From positions 4,797 through 68,796 of the forward strand of contig JAFUKI010000077.1 of NCBI GenBank assembly GCA_017467815.1: a stretch of 64,000 bases of DNA, written 5' to 3'. This DNA is from Clostridia bacterium (lineage in GTDB: Bacteria; Bacillota; Clostridia; Oscillospirales; CAG-272). The first letter of the stretch is position 1; every line of letters begins with the position of its first letter. Positions 57,882 to 64,000 of this stretch are shown one piece after another. A program made the position numbers and the translations under genes. Below the pieces are notes generated by a model. It was not told the DNA's origin and did no database searches. It saw nothing but the letters and a program-made list of their open reading frames with translations.

Positions 57882-60815
57882 ATGGATATTATCAAGACGA
57901 TCAAAGATAATGCCTACGCCTATGCCAGTATGCCTTTTTGGAGCTGGAACGATAAGCTGGAGGAAGAAGAACTGCGCCGCCAGATCCGGGATATGAAACG
58001 GCTGGGCATGAGCGGATTCTTCATGCACGCAAGATGCGGTCTGGAAACGGAATATATGTCCGACGAATGGTTCGATTGTATCAAAATCTGTATCGACGAA
58101 GCAAAAAAGCAGGGGATGGAAGCATGGGCATATGATGAAAACGGCTGGCCCAGCGGATTTGCCGGCGGAAAACTGCTGCAGGATAAGAGGAAACAGGCGG
58201 TAGGTCTCCACTGCGAAGTTGTGAACGCATTCCCGGCAGAGGAAGATACCCTTGCCGTATACACCAGAAATCCCGACGGAACCTTCAACCGGGTGACAGA
58301 GGACTGCGGCGCGGCAGAATATTACCACATCTACCGCCGGTATTCCAACAGCTACGTGGACACACTGGATGGGAATATCACCAGGGAGTTTCTGGAATTG
58401 ACCCACGAAGAATACAAAAAGCGCATCCCGGCAGAGGATTTCGGCAAGGCCATGCCCGGATTCTTCACCGACGAACCCAACTACTGGCGCGAGGGAAAAA
58501 CGTATTCCAATACCATGCCGGAAATTTTTAAGAAAACTTACGGCTATGATATGTTCCCCCACCTGCCGGCACTGTTCTACGAATACGAAGGTGCGGAGAA
58601 GTTCCTGTTCGATTACAACAAACTGGCACACGATCTGTTTATCGCCAACTGGATCAAACCGGTCTATGAGTGGTGCGAAAACAACGGCGTACAGCTGACC
58701 GGACACGGCTGGGAAGAAGCCAACCTGCGAGAACAGATGATGAGTGTCGGCGGTATCATGGAATTCTACGAATACGAACATATTCCGGGAATGGATTACC
58801 TGTGCCGCAGACTGACCAACGATATCGGTCCGAAGCAGATTGGCTCCGCGTGCGCACAGCTGGGCAAAAAGATGGTACTGTCGGAAATGTTTGCCTGCTG
58901 CGGCTGGGACGTATCCCCCAGAGAACTGAAGCGTATTGCGGACATCCAGTATGTGGGCGGTGTAAACCGTACCTGCCAGCATCTGTACCCCTACAGTGAA
59001 CGCGGTCAGCGGAAACGTGACTATCCCCTTCATTACTCCGAACACAGTCCGTGGCAGGACAGCATGGTGGATTTCAATACCCACTACGATCATTTGGGCG
59101 CGGCACTGGCGCAGGGGGAAGAATATGTCTCCGTACTGGTGATCCACCCCATCCACGGCGCATATATGAAGTACCGCAGAGAACTTGATGATATTCTGGA
59201 GATCGACGGTCAGATGGACAAATTGTCCGACCTGCTGGGTGAACACCAGATCCCCTACCATTACGGGGACGAAAACCTGATGAAGCGCTACGCTTCCGTA
59301 GAAGGAAACCGCATCCGTGTGGGAAAATGCGTGTACGATTATGTGGTGATTCCCTTCACCTATTCTCTGGACAGCGAAACCTGCGCGATGCTGCGGGAAT
59401 ATATGGCAGCCGGCGGTAAGGTATGGCTGTTTGCCGATACACCGGCGCATATTGACGGGGCAAAAGCGGATATGAGCTGGCTGAAGGCAAATATTTCCTT
59501 TGAGGAACTGCTGGAATCCAGAGATATACCCATTGCCGGTGCGGACGGAAAGAACGTGCCTGCCCTGCGGAAGATGACCCGTGTGCTGGAAGACGGCAGC
59601 AAGCTGATGCTTGTGACCAATCTGACCGCGGATGAACAGGACGGCGTTGCCATTTTCTTCCCCGGTGCCGGAACGGTTGCCGAAATTGATATTGATACAC
59701 TGGAAGTCCGTCCGGTATACGGCGAAAAGACAGCGGAAGGCATAACCGTGTATGCGAATTTTGACGACACACAAAGCCATATGTACAGTATAGACGGTGA
59801 AGCGGCGGAGATCCTGCCCGGCAAACCCACCCGTCCGGCGGCATACATTCCCATTCCTGCCAGAGCCGTATTTGCCGAAAAACCGGAGAATATGATGACG
59901 CTGGATATGGTATCCCTTGCCAAAGGTGACGGGGAATACGACGAGCCCCTGTCCCTGTACGGCGTAAAGGACGGTCTGCTGCGGGAGCAGTACGAAGGGG
60001 ATATCCGGCTGAAATATACCTTTACGGCGGCGGAAGGATTCGATCCGGAGAAGCTGGATCTGGTACTGGAACCCATGGGACAGAAGTCCGTGACCATCAA
60101 CGGGACAGAAGTGCAGGCTCTGCCCGGTGCCTGTTGGTTTGACCGCAGCTTCCTTGTATATCCCATTGGGGAATATGTGAAGGCTGGGGAGAATGAAGTG
60201 GTGGTCACCATGCACTACTACCAGAGACCGTATGTGTACTATGTTCTGTATAATGCAGACGGCGGGGCACTGCGGAACAGCCTGACCTTTGATACGGAAA
60301 TTGAATGTGCCTATCTGGTGGGCGACTTCTCCGTGATCACGGATGCACCCTTTACACCGGATATCCGGAACAGTCTGGTCTACAACGGTACCTTCGTTCT
60401 GGACAGCCAGAAGCCGGATGTACGCACGGACGATGTGGTACAGGACGGATATACCTTCTTCGGCGGCAAACTGAAGCTGGATATTCCCTATACATGGACG
60501 CCCGGCGCACCCACCGTACTGAACCTGAACGGACGCTTTGCAACCTGTCAGATATTCGTAAACGGTACATACGCAGGAGAAATGATGTTCTCACGCACCA
60601 TGGATCTGTCCGCGTACCTGAAAGAAGGGGAAAACACCATCCGCTTCGTTATGTGCAACGCATGGCGCAACCTGATGGGTCCCCACCACAACCTCGACCC
60701 CGAATGCACTGTACTTGGCCCCTATGAATTCACCTCCGAAAATAACTGGAACGGTCGCGAATGCCCCGACTTCCTTGACCGCTACTCCTTTGTGCGGTAT
60801 GGATTGGTTATGTGA
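57882..60815 (+). CDS. Large glycosyl hydrolase, GH106-like/alpha-L-rhamnosidase-type superfamily
   Basis: MPFWSWNDKLEEEELRRQIRDMKRLGMSGFFMHARCGLETEYMSDEWFDCI...AYDENGWPSGFAGGK; no signal peptide; C-terminal beta-sandwich. Confidence 0.7.
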   Translation: MDIIKTIKDNAYAYASMPFWSWNDKLEEEELRRQIRDMKRLGMSGFFMHARCGLETEYMSDEWFDCIKICIDEAKKQGMEAWAYDENGWPSGFAGGKLLQDKRKQAVGLHCEVVNAFPAEEDTLAVYTRNPDGTFNRVTEDCGAAEYYHIYRRYSNSYVDTLDGNITREFLELTHEEYKKRIPAEDFGKAMPGFFTDEPNYWREGKTYSNTMPEIFKKTYGYDMFPHLPALFYEYEGAEKFLFDYNKLAHDLFIANWIKPVYEWCENNGVQLTGHGWEEANLREQMMSVGGIMEFYEYEHIPGMDYLCRRLTNDIGPKQIGSACAQLGKKMVLSEMFACCGWDVSPRELKRIADIQYVGGVNRTCQHLYPYSERGQRKRDYPLHYSEHSPWQDSMVDFNTHYDHLGAALAQGEEYVSVLVIHPIHGAYMKYRRELDDILEIDGQMDKLSDLLGEHQIPYHYGDENLMKRYASVEGNRIRVGKCVYDYVVIPFTYSLDSETCAMLREYMAAGGKVWLFADTPAHIDGAKADMSWLKANISFEELLESRDIPIAGADGKNVPALRKMTRVLEDGSKLMLVTNLTADEQDGVAIFFPGAGTVAEIDIDTLEVRPVYGEKTAEGITVYANFDDTQSHMYSIDGEAAEILPGKPTRPAAYIPIPARAVFAEKPENMMTLDMVSLAKGDGEYDEPLSLYGVKDGLLREQYEGDIRLKYTFTAAEGFDPEKLDLVLEPMGQKSVTINGTEVQALPGACWFDRSFLVYPIGEYVKAGENEVVVTMHYYQRPYVYYVLYNADGGALRNSLTFDTEIECAYLVGDFSVITDAPFTPDIRNSLVYNGTFVLDSQKPDVRTDDVVQDGYTFFGGKLKLDIPYTWTPGAPTVLNLNGRFATCQIFVNGTYAGEMMFSRTMDLSAYLKEGENTIRFVMCNAWRNLMGPHHNLDPECTVLGPYEFTSENNWNGRECPDFLDRYSFVRYGLVM

Positions 60816-60828
60816 TTTGGATTGTTTT

Positions 60829-60892
60829 GCGGGGGAGAACTTTTTTGGAAAAAAGTTCTCCCCCGCACCCCCTTTCAAAAAACTTTGAAAAA
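60829..60892 (+). repeat. Dispersed double-hairpin intergenic repeat, copy 7
   Basis: tgcgggggagaacttttttggaaaaaagttctcccccgca + ccccctttcaaaaaactttgaaaaaa. Confidence 0.75.
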
Positions 60893-61013
60893 ATTGGGAA
60901 GGGATTTTTGGGCAGAGTGTTTTTGATGTGATAGGATATGTGCAATAGAAAAAGGAACTGTCTTTCCGGAATGATGCCGGGGACAGTTCCTTTTGGGTGT
61001 TGCCGATCTATAC

Positions 61014-61181
61014 TTAATCCTCGTCGGGATCCTTTTCAAAATCTTCTTTGCTCATGCCGCAGTCCGGGCAGGTAAAGTCATCGGGGAGATCTTCAAAAAG
61101 TGTACCCGGATCAATACCATTGTCGGGATCGCCGGCTTTTTCATCGTAAACCCATCCGCAGATCATGCAAACATACTTCAT
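61014..61181 (-). CDS. Rubredoxin
   Basis: [48 protein letters not shown]. Confidence 0.96.
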   Translation of the reverse strand: MKYVCMICGWVYDEKAGDPDNGIDPGTLFEDLPDDFTCPDCGMSKEDFEKDPDED

Positions 61182-61417
61182 AGTGATAAGTCCTTTCTTG
61201 ATTTGAATTGTTATGCTGTTTTTTTCACACACCTTTGTGTGTTCAATAGTATATCAAAAGCATCGCGGAAATGCAAGAAGAATAATACCGAATTTTACAG
61301 CAGGTTATTGTACGTATTGCACAATTTTAATAAGACGAATGTCGTATGAGGAGGGGATTATGCGCGCTTTGTTGTTTTTGTGAGTGAAATCACCCATTGT
61401 TCCGGGAACAAGATCCC

Positions 61418-61481
61418 CTTCTTTCAAAGTTTTTGAAAAGGGGTGTGGGGAGAAACTTTTTTCAAAAAGTTTCTCCCCACA
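61418..61481 (-). repeat. Dispersed double-hairpin intergenic repeat, copy 8 (minus orientation)
   Basis: ccccttctttcaaagtttttgaaaaggggtgtggggagaaacttttttcaaaaagtttctccccaca. Confidence 0.75.
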
Positions 61482-61501
61482 ATATTGTTATATAAACCAA
61501 C

Positions 61502-62908
61502 TCACCCCCGCCGAAGTACCTTTTTGGCTGCGCGGATGAGGTTTTCGATGTTGAGGATTGTGATGATGGCTGTCAGTGCTGCAGAGATGGGGAGCCAGTA
61601 GGGGATTTCGAGGATCATGACGATGCAGAGGGCGGTTACCAGAACGGCACTGAGGATGAAGCGGGGGATGTCCCAGCGGATGGCTACGGAAGTACGGCTG
61701 TGGAAGAAGCGGATGGTGAACATGATGACATAGCTGAGACAGGTGGAGACAGCGGCACCCATGGAACCCATGACGGGGATCAGCAGGATGTTGCCGATGA
61801 TGTTGCATACCGCACCGATGAGGATGGTCACAAAGGTTGCCATGCTCCGTTTGTCCACCAGATAGGCGGATGTCAGGAAGTTGGCGAGACAGCAGAACGT
61901 GGTCGCCAGTACCAGCATGGGTACAAACTGCCACGCTTCGTAATATTCGGGCGCTGCCAGCAGCTTGGTGGAAATTTTCGCCGTGACGATCAGCCATGCT
62001 GCGCCGCCGAATGCCACCGCCTGATATACTCTGGCTACATTGGAGAATAACCCCTCCCGTTCCTCTTTCGGCTGGTCCGCAAAGGCGGAAAGCTGCCAGG
62101 CATAAGTGAATATGTTGGACACAATAATCAGAATCGTGGGAATCTTGTTGGCAATGGAGTAGATCCCGTTGGCGGATTCCCCTAAAATGGACGTAATGAT
62201 GAACCGGTCGGAGATATTGATGATCCAGCTGCAGATCGTCGTGGGAATCAGGGGCAGACTGTACCGCAGCATGGCAAGATCCGCCTTTTTCTCAAGACTT
62301 CCCCCCAGGATGGACCGCAGATCAAAAGACCGCCACTGCTTGTCCTTCAGGATGCAGAACAGCGCACAGGTGCAGTCCGCGAGAATGCTGGACAATACGT
62401 ATCCGGCAACACCCATGTCCCATACGGCAAGAAACAGAATGTTCAGTCCGATGGCAACCGCCGTACACAGAATCCCGTCCTCCGCATACAAGCGCACATT
62501 TCCGCCGGAGCGTGCAAACTGACTGCAGGCGGCATGGAAGTTGGAGGCGATCACGTAGAAACATACCAGCAGCGTGTAACCGCCCGTATACGGGATCAGA
62601 TCCAGAAGGGGATACGCCAGCAGCAGGACTGCCGACCCGATGGCGGTGACCGTGATCCCGAAAGTGTAAACCGTCTTCCGGTCCGTTGTATCATCCATCC
62701 CGAACCGGATCACCGCATTGGCGATCCCGGCGGATGCAATGGGGATCAGCAGATTGGACAGCTGTACCACATTGTCCATGATGCCGTACTCCCGTGTGTT
62801 GAGCATGGCTGTGTAAAACGGTGTCAGAAAAAATACCAGCAGCTTGGAGCCGAAGGTACTCAGCGCGATCAGCAGTGTATTGGATAAAAGTTTTTTATAG
62901 ACATTCAT
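61502..62908 (-). CDS. Polysaccharide/lipid flippase (Wzx/MATE-like oligosaccharide flippase)
   Basis: YKKLLSNTLLIALSTFGSKLLVFFLTPFYTAMLNTREYGIMDNVVQLSNLLIPIASAGIANAVIRF; multiple transmembrane segments. Confidence 0.9.
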   Translation of the reverse strand: MNVYKKLLSNTLLIALSTFGSKLLVFFLTPFYTAMLNTREYGIMDNVVQLSNLLIPIASAGIANAVIRFGMDDTTDRKTVYTFGITVTAIGSAVLLLAYPLLDLIPYTGGYTLLVCFYVIASNFHAACSQFARSGGNVRLYAEDGILCTAVAIGLNILFLAVWDMGVAGYVLSSILADCTCALFCILKDKQWRSFDLRSILGGSLEKKADLAMLRYSLPLIPTTICSWIINISDRFIITSILGESANGIYSIANKIPTILIIVSNIFTYAWQLSAFADQPKEEREGLFSNVARVYQAVAFGGAAWLIVTAKISTKLLAAPEYYEAWQFVPMLVLATTFCCLANFLTSAYLVDKRSMATFVTILIGAVCNIIGNILLIPVMGSMGAAVSTCLSYVIMFTIRFFHSRTSVAIRWDIPRFILSAVLVTALCIVMILEIPYWLPISAALTAIITILNIENLIRAAKKVLRRG

Positions 62909-63239
62909 AAGAAAGCATCCTCACAGTGTTTTGCCGGAAGATCCGGCTTCCTATAGTATACCACAGTTTTCTCGGACAGGAAAGGGTATTGTATGAATTT
63001 TTGTGAAAGAAAATATTATCCGCCCCTTTTGATCGGGATGTGGAAAATTATGGAAGGGAAGGGACGCGCGGCGAAAAAAGAATATAAATTTATTGTAAAT
63101 AATCCATTTTCTCTTTACCAAACGGAAAATCTATGGTATAATATATATATTATACGCAAAAATGCGGTTTTGTTGTTATTTTGTCAGTACGGAACCGGAA
63201 AGGAACGCGCACGGCAGGAAAGGGTTGGCGGGAAAGCGG

Positions 63240-64000
63240 ATGTTTGATAAATATTACCTGAAACTGACCCTGATTACTTTTCTGACAGTGCTTCTGACGG
63301 TGGGGATCATCATCTACATCGCCTACCATATTGCCGGCAGCTTCGGCGCTTCTCTGGAACTGTCCGACGCAGTGTACGAATCCGTCACCAGAGTGCTGAA
63401 CGCCGACGGGTATGTCATGCGCCACGAAACGGTGCTGTATGCCTCCCACGCCCAGACGGGCAGCGTTACGCCGGCGGTGCAGGACGGTACCAGACTGGGT
63501 ATCTACGACAAGGCAGCCGATATCTACGATAACACCATGCCCGATGTACAGGCGCGTATAAGAGAAATTGATGAACAGATTGCTTTGCTGGAAGACAGCC
63601 AGTCCGAAAAGGTTTCCGTGGTGAATACTTCGGGTCTGGAGTCCGCGATCTTCAATAACGTACAGGATATCCGCCTGATGGTGGAAAACCGCAGTTACGG
63701 AGACGCCACCACCATGCGAAGCACCCTCCTTGTCAATATCCTGAAACGGGATATTCTCAAGGGAACCATGACCGATCACAATGACCAGCTGACGGCACTG
63801 AAGGAAGAAAAGCGGATGCTGACAAACCAGCTCGGCGCCTGCCTGGAAACGGTGTATGCCCCGGTCAGCGGCTATTTTTACGCCGATACGGACGGCTATG
63901 AGTCCCTGTTCAGCGCGGACGGGATCGACACCATGTCCTACGAGAGCTTTATGGAGCTGACCCGGAACGATCCGGGCGAAAGTATGCGCAGTACGGTCAG
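63240..64000 (+). CDS. Hypothetical membrane-anchored protein, HlyD-like adaptor, 3' partial
   Basis: MFDKYYLKLTLITFLTVLLTVGIIIYIAYHIAGS...VMRHETVLYASHAQTGSVTPAVQDGTRLG...YAPVSGYFYADTDGYES; runs off the window. Confidence 0.55.
   Translation, partial: MFDKYYLKLTLITFLTVLLTVGIIIYIAYHIAGSFGASLELSDAVYESVTRVLNADGYVMRHETVLYASHAQTGSVTPAVQDGTRLGIYDKAADIYDNTMPDVQARIREIDEQIALLEDSQSEKVSVVNTSGLESAIFNNVQDIRLMVENRSYGDATTMRSTLLVNILKRDILKGTMTDHNDQLTALKEEKRMLTNQLGACLETVYAPVSGYFYADTDGYESLFSADGIDTMSYESFMELTRNDPGESMRSTV

Noticed and set aside
56754-60215. 1153-aa minus-strand ORF from the track
   Set aside because: It is antisense to the well-supported sugar kinase and GH106-like genes. Its low-complexity Cys/His/Phe-rich translation is typical of the reverse strand of a GC-rich gene.
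2357-61481. CRISPR array
   Set aside because: The repeated hairpin elements are dispersed singly between genes, not in regularly spaced arrays, and no cas genes are present.
62993-63247. 84-aa plus-strand ORF (MNFCERKYYPP...)
   Set aside because: It spans an AT-rich promoter-like region (TATAAT at about 63137) and overlaps the start of the 63240 gene in another frame; probably non-coding.
1-64000. rRNA or tRNA genes
   Set aside because: No 16S/23S/5S signature and no convincing tRNA cloverleaf was seen by eye. A tRNAscan-SE run would be needed for certainty.

Overview
The window is a Gram-positive (Clostridia, Oscillospiraceae-like; inferred from gene content) chromosomal segment. (1) An ABC-F gene and an azlCD pair whose azlD carries an in-frame amber codon at codon 6. 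(2) A near-complete S10/spc/alpha ribosomal super-operon, rpsJ to rplQ, with secY, adk, map, a KOW protein, infA, rpmJ and rpoA. Several 150-300 nt structured non-coding spacers interrupt it. (3) A compact minus-strand aromatic operon pheA-aroB-aroC-aroE/K fusion-aroQ-aroA-tyrA-DAHP synthase. It starts with a perfect-consensus promoter, an unannotated 25-aa Phe/Tyr-rich leader peptide (MFKQYAYFYYFMSAMDRCIVPGLAK) and a terminator hairpin, which together form a classical attenuator. (4) Housekeeping and accessory genes: an amino-acid ABC transporter, a DMT transporter, a PHP phosphatase with a miniaturised pseudogene copy, and a radical SAM protein. (5) A compact ~13.2 kb phage-derived packaging/head/tail module at 43.3-56.6 kb, minus strand. 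It has no integrase, repressor, replication or lysis genes. Its tape-measure protein is very short, its TerL motifs look intact, and good LexA/SOS boxes flank its first promoter. This makes it a candidate gene transfer agent (GTA)-like or domesticated siphovirus element. (6) A sugar kinase, a large GH106-like protein, rubredoxin and a flippase. Eight copies of a tandem double-hairpin intergenic repeat are dispersed through the window. Two of them lie inside the phage module, which argues for long residence. All family assignments are from sequence recognition, not database searches.
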